A stretch of DNA of 64,000 bases, taken from Callorhinchus milii (taxonomy: Eukaryota). Position numbers and translations under genes: made by a program. The notes beneath the pieces were generated by a model. That model was not told the origin of the DNA. It did no database searches and saw nothing but the letters and a program-made list of their open reading frames with translations. Shown here one piece after another: positions 27,752 through 40,215 of the stretch. The number at the start of each line of letters is the position of its first letter. Position 1 is the stretch's first letter. The stretch lies in assembly GCF_018977255.1 (NCBI RefSeq), contig NW_024704743.1, positions 23,996,001-24,060,000 on the forward strand, read 5' to 3'.

Positions 27752-27828
27752 CTCAGCTTTCAGTAGGAGCTGGATCAGTCTACAGGAATTCATATGCTAC
27801 TCCTACGGAAGACATTAAGCACAACCAG
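27752..27828 (+). CDS. CTNND2: Delta-catenin penultimate coding exon, 77 nt
   Basis: ttgaacAG / GTatgt; translates (A)QLSVGAGSVYRNSYATPTEDIKHNQ, matching the YRNSY...EDIKHNQ motif; phase 1 to 0. Confidence 0.93.
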
Positions 27829-28560
27829 GTATGTTGTGGAGGTTGTTCAGTCGGTAAGTTTCACCTTGAACGAGCATCCCTTCTGGACAGCAATTAAATT
27901 GATGATAATTATCACATCAAATCTCACTCGCCTGCCCACCTCCCGTAATGAGCAAGGACGTTCTCGTACAAAAACTGCCTCTATAAAGGAGAATGCCGCC
28001 AGAATGTAGAACAGCGTTGGGAAGGGGTGGCACTTTTTGGTTGGGATATTACAAGCTGGATTTGCTTACAACACAATGGGAGTGTCACCGCAGGGAGCTG
28101 ACAGGTAATTGTCATTCAATCTTAATTTGGAAACCCATCTTTTTTTAAGAACTGCAGAATGCGACATCCCAAATTTCAGAATTTTCCACAGTTCTGCATG
28201 ATCTTAAATGGTCTCTAAAATAATCTATTTTAACCCGGCTTGTTGTCAGCTCAGTCCTGAGATCTGACAACATTAGGACTAGGTAGAATTTCGGGCCTCA
28301 AGTGAGGACAGGAAAGGCTTTGCTGCGATGAACAATGGTTAATTGAGTGAGGCAGTGGAGGACAGCCAGAGACATGGAAATTTGATGTAACAAAAGGAAT
28401 CAAATGCCATCCAGAGACATTGGGAAGGTTAGTGATGGGGGGAAAAAAGGAATGATATGTTACTTACACTTCAATAATTGAAACTTCCTTTTTAATCAGC
28501 CACCAGAACAGTTCAGAGGATGAGTGGAATGTTTTTCAAGTTTCCACCTCTTCTCCCTAG

Positions 28561-28821
28561 GTTTCATCACAGCCTGCTGCACAAGAGCCCAGTAGAAAAG
28601 ATTACGACACCTATCAGCCCTATCAAAACTCCACACGAAACTATGATGACTCTTTCTTTGAAGATCAAGTACACAGTCGCCCAGCTGCGAGTGAATACAA
28701 CATGCATCTTGGCCTAAAGTCAACTGGCAACTATGTTGATTTCTATTCTGCTGCTCGTCCTTACAGTGAGTTAAACTACGAAACCAGCCACTACCCGGCC
28801 TCTCCAGACTCCTGGGTCTAA
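28561..28821 (+). CDS. CTNND2: Delta-catenin last coding exon with C-terminal PDZ-binding motif DSWV
   Basis: ttctccctAG acceptor; 87 codons [86 protein letters not shown]; closer to CTNND2 than to the paralog PKP4 (which ends YPGSPDSWV). Confidence 0.97.
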   Translation, partial: VSSQPAAQEPSRKDYDTYQPYQNSTRNYDDSFFEDQVHSRPAASEYNMHLGLKSTGNYVDFYSAARPYSELNYETSHYPASPDSWV

Positions 28822-29751
28822 GAAAATGACCCCACGGGTCTGAGCAGAGGCAAAACAAAACATCTGGGAACTGTGCATGTGCATGAATACCACAAGACAT
28901 TTTTCAGCAAGTCTAGTCTGTCGAAGCCTGTTCCATAGGACAGTTATCAGGTGAACTGTGGCATATAGTCGTGAGATGGATAAGTGTTGAGAGGGAAACG
29001 GAAATGACATTTAGCCTGCAGGAAGATACCTGACTGGGAAAGAGGACTAAATGCGTGTTGACATCCCTATTGTGCATCCAAAAATCAAAACGAAAGCGTG
29101 CAAATGAAAACGGCATTGTTGGTGAGCGAAGGTTGGCGTTGGACAGTGGTTGAAACCGAGACAAGAAAAGAGATAAAAGGCGAACAGGTTAAGCACAAGA
29201 ACCTGAATGTGTTTACACTTGTTCCAGGGACAGCTTGTCACCTCTTTAACAACATTCTCATTTTGATTGTGTATCACAGCTTGTAGTTGCAGTTGGGGTT
29301 TCTTCTGTACAGCAAGACCATTTCCTCGCCTTTTTTTGTTAATGCTTTGTTGTAAAGTATTGGATGTACATTACTGATCAATGAGAGCATTGTGTACATT
29401 ACACCAATGCCAAAGTACTCTTTTGTCTCTTGTTCTTAATACTGTTTTAATTACAAACAAAAAAAGTGTAAGCGCGTTTGACAAGATGTGTGAATTTCAG
29501 AGCTTTTTTTTCAAGTAACTAATAACTGAAGGAAGTATTTAGCAGTATTGTTTGTTCTGGTGTGTGGATTTGTTTGTGGCCACTAACAAAAATCATCAGT
29601 CGCTGATAACAACTTTCATTTCACACGCACACATTTGATGAAGTGCTCTCTCTTTCACTGCCTAAAGTTATAGATGTAGATATTTGAAAAAAACAATCGA
29701 TTTTTTTTCATTTATACCAGTTTTGTTTATGACAATACAGTGTTAAAAGTA

Positions 29752-29757
29752 AATAAA
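29752..29757 (+). terminator. Candidate proximal polyadenylation signal
   Basis: AATAAA followed about 50 nt later by U/pyrimidine-rich tctctcttttccatgtttctgtctcttt. Confidence 0.5.
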
Positions 29758-30540
29758 TTCAAATGAAGTTGTCATCCATATTTGTAAAAAAAACAAAACG
29801 AAAAAAAGTCTCTCTTTTCCATGTTTCTGTCTCTTTACAGAATAGGTGTTGATACAAGTCAACAACAGTTCAAATGTGCCATACAGTCTAGTCTGTTCAT
29901 ATTAATAAGCAGTATCCCTTTTCTGGGCTTAAACAAGATCAACTTTAGATAAACCAAAACCCAAATCTTTAACTAACCCATCTTTACACGTGTTGGCCTA
30001 ATCACAAAACTTCATTAGTACATTTTGAAAACTTGAGTTTTTTCGATACAGTCGTGGTTGACTTACCTTAGGAAACTTGTAGCTGTGAAATGTTATGGTA
30101 TTTACATGCTCCTGCCATCCACAGAGTCTTGTACATTTTTAAAAGAAACCCGTTGTGTGTCAAGTGGCATTGAAGGTTGGCCTTATAACTACTCTGTATT
30201 TTGCTGAGCTTAAAAGTTACCTGTATAGGCAAGCAAAAAAGGGATACTGCAAACTTTAAGGTAAAGAAACTTTGTTTTAGTGAATACTAGTGGAGCAGTA
30301 CTCATTGGTGCCAAATGAGAAAAAAACAAAAAAAAACACTTTGAAGTTTAATCGTAGGAAGAACTCTGAAATTAATGGCTAGCTAATTGTCCTGCTGACA
30401 GTTTGTAGATGTAGATAGACAGATTTAACTTTGTTAATGCTTTTTACAGTGTGTTTTGTCAACAAAAAGGGTAAGCAGCATATTGGGTTATGTAGCCTTT
30501 AAACTGCAGACGAAAGAATCTGAAAATTGGGTGATGTGAA

Positions 30541-30550
30541 AATAAATAAA
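30541..30550 (+). terminator. Candidate distal polyadenylation signal
   Basis: Overlapping AATAAATAAA near the end of the TE-free stretch. Confidence 0.4.
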
Positions 30551-31470
30551 TGATGCTATCAAAAGTAAACAAAAGCTGTTCAAAAAGTTTCTTAAGAATG
30601 ACCCAAATGTCTTGAAACATGTTGCCTTTGAATAAGGTTCCTAGAAAAGCAAAGTAAATTGTGTCATATTCTGCTTGCTGAGATCAAAAGTGTTCGAGCG
30701 ACTTGCATTATATACAAACTCAGTTGCTGTGCTGCATGCTTTACAGTGCAGTAATGTGCATTTGGCACATCATTTGCGAATTGTAACTTCACTAATTTAC
30801 CAATTACTTAGTTACCGTGTAGCATTTGAGTTTCACATACAGATTACAAAAAAGACAATCAAATACAAGAATGGGTAGATTATCTACACAGCGATCAGAA
30901 TTATTGGTGATAAGCACTTATAAAGATCACACACAAATTATGATATGGTTGAAGTCCAGTGGATTCTGGAATGAGATGATGACAAGCGTTTTTGTTCTGT
31001 GTAATGTTAACCAGTTTACAAACTAAGTCTTAACAAGGTATCGGACATCTCGCATTGTTGAATCTGTCCACCATCATCCTTGCAGACACTTCCACTTTTG
31101 TAGTTCTGAGCAGTCACAGGGGGGTTGTGGATGAAAAAGGCTCTTCAGTCCATTTGATTTCAACCTTCCAGATTACCCATTAACAGCATCAAACTGTTTC
31201 ATGAACAAGTCCAGCGTCTTGCCCTCTATCACCCTTCCTGATAAACTGGTTCATCTGTTTCCCTCTGTGTAAAGAAATACTCCCCAGGCTATTACCTGAA
31301 TTCCCCTTCACAACTCTAAACCTCTGTTGCCCTGTCCTACTGCCTGCCATATGTACAATTATTATTCTGGATTAACTTTCTCGATCCAGAAGATCTGAAT
31401 GACCAGCATTTCCTGGGATGCATCTGAAGAAGCATAAACATGGTCTTGCTAGTAATGCAAGACTGTTGCT

Positions 31471-31841
31471 ATAATAATATTAATCCTTGCATTTGATATA
31501 GCGCCTTATGTCTTCTAGACTTCACACAGAACTTCACAGAATATACTGTAAAGCGAATTGACTAAATTTTGTGGGCGAAACGTGACAGCCAATTGCAAGT
31601 GTCCCACAAACAGTCATGGATTGAGTGAGCAAATTATTATCGTTTTTTTAATTTTGAAGGGATATTTACCCACGGAAAAGCGATCTGCCAATTAACTAAG
31701 AAACGTGTTCCTACTTATGGTTAGGTAAACTGAGGAGTGCGGAGGAAGGAAATTTGCCCAACATTTTACCTAACCGGGGATTTGAACCCAGGTCTTATCA
31801 TTTGCGAGGCGATGCTCTAACTAATACGCTACAAGATTCCC
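31471..31841 (-). mobile_element. Older long-form tRNA SINE with an extra internal segment of about 60 bp
   Basis: Same head and tail as the young SINE plus aaaagcgatctgccaat...ttcctactta...aggtaaactg. Confidence 0.8.
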
Positions 31842-31884
31842 ATTTGTTCTGACTGATTGCCTACCAGACATCCAACACTCATAA

Positions 31885-32160
31885 TTTGTCGTTGTTGCCC
31901 AACTTTAATTTGTATACAGTGCCTTTCACGTCAGGAGGACGTCCCAAGGCGCTGGACAGTCAAGGATCTGCACCCAAGCTGGTGGTTAGGATCAGGAAGG
32001 GAGGGTAGGGTAGGAGGGCAAACAAAGTTACAGTCGAAAACGGTGGTCTTGAAGGAGATGCAAGGGAGGGGGTGAGGCGAAGGGACTGTGGGATAGAGTT
32101 CCAGAGGGTGGGGGCAGAGAGGCTGAAGGCCCACCCGCCAATTGTGAAGCGGGCAAGCCT
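31885..32160 (-). mobile_element. L2 LINE 3' end
   Basis: gcctttcacgtcaggaggacgtcccaaggcgctg terminal stem-loop. Confidence 0.8.
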
Positions 32161-32199
32161 TGAGGGGTTCCTGGGTGAAGTTGAGAGAATACATTCTCA

Positions 32200-32780
32200 C
32201 AACAACAACTGCAACTTGCACTTAGGTAGTGTCCTCCAAGCAGCGTAACGTCTCAGAGCGCTTAACAGTGGCAGAGCCTGACTCCGGAGTGTGGGGGAGG
32301 TGACTGTAAGCGGTCAATTCGTTCGGTGATGGGGAGTCAGTGGAGCCTGGCCAGAACTGGTGAGGTGGGGGTACAGAGTTTGGTCCAGGTCAGTATGCGG
32401 GCGGCAGAGTTCTGAATGAGTTAGATTTTTTGAATAGTGGAGCTGAGGTGACCAACAAGGAGTGCATTTGAATGATCCAGGCAGGAGGTGACAAACGCAT
32501 GTACGATGGTTTCGGCTGCATTTGGGGCAAGGTACGGTCAGTTAGGCAATGTGGAGGAGGAGGAGGAGGAGGAAGGCTGTCCTAGTCACGGACCAGATGT
32601 GGCGGAGGAAGGACAGCTGGAGGTCGAACCAGATGCCTAGATTGTGCACTGGTTCAGTGAGTCTCAGGGAGAGCCCAGGGATGTTGAGTTTAGATCCACA
32701 GGTCTTGAAACAGGTCTTGGAAGAAGAGGCAAGGGCCACTCAATTCAGGAGTGATCCCTGCTCCGCTCCCAGAATGTAAG
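32200..32780 (-). mobile_element. Older L2 fragment with internal deletion
   Basis: (AAC)n tail; VHNLGIWFDLQLSFLRHI. Confidence 0.75.
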
Positions 32781-32884
32781 GAGAGAGGCTGAGGAGTTGG
32801 AGCATTCTGTGCACAGGCATATATTTAGAGCACTTTCAATTTGTTGATTTTTTTTAGTCAGCCAGGTGTCTGAAACATGTGGAA

Positions 32885-33605
32885 ACAACAACAACAACTT
32901 GGATTTATATAGCACCCTCCACACCGGACGGCGTCTCAGAGTGCTTTAAGTAACGGATCCCTGAACTGAGCCGGGGGAGGTGGGGGGCGGGGGGAAGGTG
33001 ACCAAAGGCGCGGTCGAAAAGAAAGGTTTTCAGCAGAGACCTGAAATTGGGAAGGGAAGGAGCGAGACGAAGGGAGTGAGGAAGGCAGTTCCAGAGCCTC
33101 GGGGTATAGTGGCTGAAGGCACGACCGCCGAGGGTGGAGCGGAGGACTTGGGGGACGAGGAGGCCAAACCCGGAGGAACGAAGGCAACGGGTGCTGTGCT
33201 GAGGAGAGAGGAGGTCAGAGAGGTAGGGGGTGCGGAGGAGTGCAGGGACTTGAATACGAGGGTGAGGATCTTGAAATCGATCCTCTCTGGGATAGGCAGC
33301 CAGTGCAGTCTGGCAAGGACTGGGGTGATCGGGGAGCGGAGTTTCGTGTGGGTGAGAATGCGGGCGGCAGAGTTCTGAATGATTTGGATTTTATGGATGG
33401 TAGTGGATGGGAGACCGGTGAGGAGGGCATTAGAGTAGTCCAGCCGAGAGGTGACAAAGGCATGGACCAGGGTTTCAGCGGCTTTTGGAGTGAGGTATTT
33501 GCAGAGACGGGCGATGCGTCGGAGGTGGAAGAAGGCGGTGTTGGTGAGGGACCGGATGTGGGGGAGGAAGGATAATTGGGGGTCGAACCTGACGCCAAGA
33601 AACCT
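32885..33605 (-). mobile_element. L2 LINE 3' fragment, well preserved
   Basis: ORF 33030..33629 LGVRFDPQLSF...HAFVTSRLDYSNALL...IQNSAARIL...LHWLPIPERIDFKIL. Confidence 0.93.
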
Positions 33606-36465
33606 GTCAACATGCTCAGGAGTATCCACACCAGACTGAGTTCACATTTGTATGCCTCCTAGAATTGGAATTGTTCCTATGCCTTTCAGATGCTACAAAA
33701 GCGATGCTCCTGATAATCTCAGTGCTCTGAACCGATCTATAACCAACAGAGATTGGTTTTGTAACCTCTACATTGATCATAAAGCAGGATGCAAGTGACC
33801 TGATTTCCAAGTTAGCTGTCTGACCGGTCAATGGCCATTTATTGTGATGACCATTGCTAGGGGAGACCATGGGCAAAATTGTACCCAGTCCTAAGTCAGT
33901 GAGAGAGATTCCTGCCTCTAATGTCGATACATCTTCAGAAGCTCTGAAACCCACCCAACCCTTAACAAAACATAGAATGATACGTCAAATGAATCTGCTC
34001 AGAAACAGGCCATTCGGCCCAACTAGTCTGTGCCAGAAAATTCACCAGTGAGAAATACAATTTGCAATTCAATTTACATTTACATCACGATTCCTTCATG
34101 GTGGGAGGACATCTCACAGCACTTGACATTGCTGACTGGGCACCTGAGCTGGGGGTGGAAGCCGAGGGGGAGTGGGAGGTGAAGGCTAAGGAAGATAGGG
34201 ATGGGAAAGATGACCAAAGGTTTGGGGAAAAAAATAGAATATGCAAGCTGCTGCAATACATGAATAAAACATGAGGAAATCCTTTTCCAAACTTGTAATC
34301 TTGCACCCCTCACCATGTCCATGATTATTATAGATATTTATATTTTAGGACTATAAAACAATAACAATAATAAACCTTACATTACATAAAGCACCTTTCA
34401 TGTTGGGAAGGATATCTGAAAAGCACTTCACAGGATATGCGCCATTTCACTGAACTGGTTTACAAAGTGAATCTTTCAAACCAATCTTGCTGGATAACAA
34501 TTTTGCTTCAAAACAGGCCTTGAAAATAGATGGTTGCTTTAGGATTTATGAATCCGCTCAGTGCTTACAAGTAAATCATTGTACGATGTACCAGCTGATA
34601 GTAACATATTAACACATAAAGAACACCAGATGTGTTTAGAAAGCTTGTGTGATAGACCAAATCTCGTCAATCAAAGCTGCATACAGATGTTTACAAATCT
34701 TCTTTGAGCAGTGGAAAGGGCTTAGATGGCTTATCTCTGGAAAAGAATGTTGTCCACTTCCTGATATTTTGGTACACTAAAATGTCAACAAATAGATTTA
34801 ATCACAGTTCATCCCACTTTAATCGGATTATTATTAGATAGTTACGCATGTGTAGTGTCCTGTCCTACCTACAATTGTTTTTCCTCTTCCGGAGTACAGT
34901 AGTTGTTCTTTATCAGTCTCGCCCTTATTGAACTCTTTGCAGGACCGTGCTTAATGTTAAACACCGCAATTAATTTTTCATCAGATTCTGACTGACCTTA
35001 ATGTACCCATGTCCTACAGTGTTCATTACAATAACCATAGTTACTTTATACTGTGGACTTTACTGTAGAAGAATCCGCTCCTCTCTTGCAACAGCTGTTT
35101 CCACAGTCATATTGCAGAGCATAGTGCCACCAACCAGATCAATAGAAAGAGGAGCTGGGGTGTCTCAGACAAAATCAATAGTGGGGGGGGGGGGGAATGC
35201 CAGAAACGAGATCAATAAATGGGCAGATGGCGGAAACCAGATCAAAAGGAAGGGAAGGGGAGTGGGGGACGGGGTGGCAGAGATCAATAAGGTAGGAGGA
35301 TAACTGCAGTTTTACGGCAGCATTTCATTTAGTTTACAATCATAGCTGTGCTCACTGTGGACAGGCATTGCACAGAGATCAGGTATCCATTCTACTCCAG
35401 CTTAAAAATGTATGTTTTTTAAAAACTCACTTCTAGTAATGTTACAATTACATCTCTAATCACATGAATCCCCAGCTGACCAAGTTAACAGGCCTTCACT
35501 CAATAATCAACCATAAAAACTTATATAATTGCATTTATATTCACGTGAGTGCGTCTCGGAGGGTTTAACAGCAGAATGTTTAACGCTGAGCTGGAAAGAG
35601 AAGGGAGGTGACCGAAGGCATGGTCCTTTCTATGGTCATCAAACAAATATGTATCCTTGCTAACATTTAACGTTGAACACTCCATTTACACAGATTGACA
35701 TGTACACACTCATTATGTTGTGGTAGCTCACTGCATTTTAAGATCTCTACATTTTTTCCAGTAGAATACTACAAACTCTCCTCACTTTCTATTTTAGACC
35801 ATTACAAAATTACATTTGATGACTAACTCATCTACATATGTATAATTCATATCTCACTTTCTCACCCTAATTACATATTACAACCTCTTTAAAATAACTG
35901 GGATATGAATACATCATGAAGTAATTGTCAGCCTCTCATCACTTTGTGTTCAGCTCCGCAAATGCAAAAAATGATCAGAACATGTTTCTCTTGAGTGATT
36001 TTTATTATTTCCACCTTCTTTCCATTTGACAGTTGTGAGAATAGGGTGATATAATGTGACAACGAAAAGGTCCAAATTGTACATATCACCTGAAGTTCTG
36101 ACAGTAAACTAGGTCAAACTGAACCATGGAGAGATGGGATGTGGATTCCAAATGATCCAATATGCATCCTTCCAAATTCAGTCAATCTGTCAAGGCAACC
36201 ACAAAGTGAGGTGTCAGAATTCCAGTGTAGAAAGATGTTTAAAGAAACACCAGGACAGCAGGACAAGAGGGTACAGGTTCAGTGGTATGAGCAGTCCATT
36301 CAATTCATCAAACACGTACCATTTTATGAGATCATGACATTTCTTCATATCCCTTACTTATCAAGTGTTTATATATCTCCCTAGACAGCCCAGCCAATAT
36401 GTTGGCAATATGAACATGGCAGCCAATTTACGCACAGCATTGATCCAACAAAAATTTGCATTTAT

Positions 36466-36785
36466 ATAATAATAACAATCCTAGCATTTGATACAGCGCT
36501 TTTCACATCTTCTAGACGTCTCAAAACGCTTCACAGAATAGACTGTAATGTGAATTGACCGTATATTTGTGGGCGAAACGCGGCAGCCAATTGCGCACAG
36601 CAGTATCCCACAAACAGTCGTGGATTGAAAATGACCAATTTATTATTTTTTTTGTTTTGGAGGGATTATTATTAGGCTCTGTGTGGAGTAAGGAAACTTG
36701 CCCAAGGTTTCGCCCTGCCTGGAATTGAACCCAGGTCTCTCGCTTGCAAAGCGAGTGCTCTAACCACTGAGCTACAGGACTCCAC
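36466..36785 (-). mobile_element. Full-length young tRNA-derived SINE
   Basis: Reverse complement of the full consensus. Confidence 0.93.
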
Positions 36786-38709
36786 TTTACTCTCCTCCAC
36801 AGCGCCCTCTCTATCACACTCGACGTCCTTGCCTCCCTCACCTCCCGAACTGCCTCCTATTCCCGATCCTCACCTTGGTTCACCAACCACCTCCACTCGC
36901 TCAAGGGCCAGGTGTGGGCTGCCGAATACACTTGGCTCAAATCCGGCCTAACGGACTACTGGCACATCTGGCTGGACCTCATCAAAACCTACCGCTCAGC
37001 TCTCACCTCAGCCAAATCATCCTTCTACTCCAGGGTAATCCTGGAGGAGAAGGGCAAGCCCAGGCTCCTGTTCTCCACCACCAACCGGCTCCTCCGCTCT
37101 CCTCGCCATGCCTCGCAGATTCTTTCCTCTGACTCCCACTGCAAGGAGATGCTGGACTTCCTCGAGTCTAAAATCAAGGGAATCCGCTCAGCTGCCACTG
37201 CCCTTCCAACTTCCATCCCCCCCCTCCTTGACCCATCACAGGCATCCAGCTACAGCCCATCTCCCACCTCCCTTTTCTGTCTAAGGTCCTTAAGAGAGCT
37301 GTCACCCCCCAGCTTCGCTTTTTCCTCTCCTCCCAGTCCCTCCATGAGCCCCTCCAATCGGGTTTCCGTGCTGCCCACATCACAGAAACTGCTCTGGTCA
37401 AGGTCACCAATAACATCCTGATGATGGACCAAGTCTCCCTCTGCCTCCTCATCCTCCTCGACCTCTCCGCCGCCTTTGATACTGTGGACCACTCAATCCT
37501 CCTCCACCGCCTCTCCTCCCATCTCAACCTTCAAGATTCTGGCCTTGACTAGTTCAGGTCCTGCCTTTCACACCGTCTCCACTTCGTCTCAGCAAACAGC
37601 TTCTCCTCCAGCCCCCGCACCGTCTCTTGCGGTGTTCCTCAGGGCGCTGTCCTCGGTCCCCTCCTCTTCACCCTCTACATGCTCCCCCTTGCTGACATCA
37701 TCCGCAGACATGGGGTAAATTTCCACATGTATGCGGATGACACCCAACTCTATCTCTCTGCCTCCAACCTTAACTCCAGGACTACTGGCGTCCTGACCAA
37801 CTGCCTGTCCGACATCAAGTCCTGGACGAGGGACAACTTTCTGCAACTCAACATCAGCAAGACCGAGGCCCTCCTGATTTGCTAACACCAGCACCTCTAC
37901 AACTCGGGCACTGGCAGCAACATCATCCACGGCTGCACACTCAACCTCACTAAGCCGGTCAGGAACCTGGATGTCTTATTTGACCCTGAAATATCCTTTC
38001 TCCCGCACATCTGCGCCATGACCGGCACTGCCTTCCACCACCTTTGCAAAATTGCCAGACTCCGCCATTGCCTCACCCCTCAGGCTGCCGAGACCCTCAC
38101 CCATGCATCCGTCACATCAAGGCTCGATTATGGAAACTCCCTCCTCATCAGCCTTCCCAACTCTTCCCTTCAAAAGCTGCAGATCATCCAAAACTCTGCA
38201 GTTTGTGTATTCTCGCACACCAGGCTCCATGATCTCAACACTCCCACCCTCGCCCGACTCCACTGGCTCCCCATCCCCCAGAGGATTGAATTCAACATCC
38301 TCATCCTCACTTTCAAGGCCATCCGTGACCTTGCCCCCTCCTCCCTCTCTGACCTGCTGATTCCCTACCAACCAGCCCACTCCCTCCATTCAGCGGGCTC
38401 CAGCCTGTTCCATGTCTCCCGCCTGACCCACCTACCATCGGTGACTGGGCTTTCAGCCTCTCTGCCCCCACACTCTGGAACTCCATCCCACGGTCCCTTC
38501 GCCTCGCTTCCTCCCTTGCTTCCTTCAAGGCCGGTCTCAAGACCCTCCTCTTTCATCGTGCCTTCAGTCGCCCTCCCACCTCTCTGCCTTCTCTCACCCC
38601 TACCCCACCTCTCCCCCCTGCTCGGGTCCTGACCCCTGACTGTCCAGCGTCTTGGGACATCCTCCCAATGTGAAAGGCGCTCTATAAGTGTAATTTTGTT
38701 GTAGTTGTT
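36786..38709 (+). mobile_element. Longest L2 copy (about 1.9 kb; frameshifted, internally deleted ORF2 with RT core)
   Basis: GVPQG-type region, [11 protein letters not shown] (YADD), [21 protein letters not shown]; 3' stem-loop and tail. Confidence 0.95.
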
Positions 38710-39240
38710 ATAGATTCTAATACATTGCCCACAAGTGACATTAATCTGACATTAGCTCTGTCATACTTTTTAAAAATAAGTATTATGTTGGCGAGTCTCG
38801 AGTACGTTAGCACAATTTCCATCCCGAAAGAGTTCTTAAATATATACAGCCTCAGCTATCTTCTGCCTCGGTTCCTTAAGGATCCTTGGGTGCAGTCCAC
38901 CTACGGGTCTATGGGAAAGGTGCCAGATGCCTTTTCCACTTTAAGATTGAATAATTTATACTTCCCTTCTCCCTTATTTACCTATTTTTAGCAGTCAAGG
39001 ACATCAAATCCTTCCCTCCATTTCAAAAGCAATACAGCTCAGAGACAGGCAACAACATTGGAGAAGTGCCAAAAGTGGAGTGAGGCATTTAGGAAGCAGA
39101 TGGAATTGCCTTTATTTTTAATGCTTAGTGTCTGTCACTGTCCCAGGGACTATAATACAGTAAGTATAATAATAATTCTTAGATTTGGTACCACGCCTTT
39201 AATGTAGGGAAGATGTCTTGAAGTGCTTCACATGATTATA

Positions 39241-39598
39241 ATCATAATAATAATAATCCTTATCCTCAAGACATCTGAAAGTGCTTCACGGAATATACGG
39301 TAAAGTGAATTGACTGTATATTTGTAGGTGAAACGCAACAGCCAATTGTGCACAGCAGTGTCCCACAAACAGTTGTGGATTTAGTGACTAAATTATTATA
39401 TTTTTAAATGTAAAGGATTATTACGCCCAGAAAAGTGATCTGGCAATCAAATAACAACCAGGTTCCTACTTACTGCTAGGTAAACTGAGGCATATGGAGT
39501 AAGGAAACTTACCTAACATTTCGCCCTGCCCAGGAATTGAACCCAGGTCCTCTTGCTTGTGAGCCAAATGCTCTAACCAATAAGCTTTTGGACTCCAC
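39241..39598 (-). mobile_element. Older long-form tRNA SINE
   Basis: Has the extra segment gaaaagtgatctggcaatc...ggttcctacttactgctaggtaaactg. Confidence 0.82.
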
Positions 39599-39735
39599 AT
39601 GATATGCTTCATAATGATATACTATAAAGTGCAGTGACTGTATGTTTTGTGGGCAAAGGCAGCAGCCAATTTGTGTACAAACAACCATGGAGTGAATGAC
39701 AACAACAACAACAAATTGCATTCATATATCATCTA

Positions 39736-40052
39736 GGAGTCCTGTAGCTCAGTGGTTAGAGCACTCACCTGGCAAGCGAGAGACTTGGTTTCGATCCCCG
39801 GCAGGGTGAAACCTTGGGCAAGTTTCCTTACTCCACACACCTAATAATAATCCCTCAAGAAAAAAAATAATAAATTGGTCATTTTCAATCCAAGACTGTT
39901 TGTGGGACACTGCTGTGCGCAATTGGCTGCCAGGTTTCGCCCACAAATACACAGTCAATTCACTTTACAGTCTATTCTATGAAGCACTTTGAGACGTCGC
40001 GAAGACGTGAAAAGCGCTATATCAAATGCAAGGATTATTATTATCATTATTA
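39736..40052 (+). mobile_element. Full-length young tRNA-derived SINE just upstream of the DAP promoter
   Basis: A box tagctcagtggttagagc, B-box-like tttcgatcc, tail. Confidence 0.9.
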
Positions 40053-40054
40053 GC

Positions 40055-40215
40055 TATCATGTCAGAAGGACATCCCAAGGCACTGACCAGTCAAGGGTTT
40101 GCACCCAAGCTGGGGGTTGCAGTCAAGAGGGACAGAGGGCAAGAGGGTTGAGGCGGCAAGATGACCGAAGGCATGGCCAAAGAGGAAGGTCTTGAGATGG
40201 GCTTGAAAGAGGCAA
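40055..40215 (-). mobile_element. L2 3' end fragment bordering the CpG island
   Basis: FQAHLKTFLFGHAF; ggacatcccaaggcactga. Confidence 0.75.

Larger units (their letters stand above)
28822..30560 (+). other. CTNND2: CTNND2 3' UTR (end approximate)
   Basis: Follows the stop codon; AU-rich, no recognisable TE; AATAAA at 29752 and at 30541/30545. Confidence 0.65.

Noticed and set aside
36786..38709. Functional reverse transcriptase gene
   Set aside because: 5'-truncated, internally deleted, with frameshifts and stops
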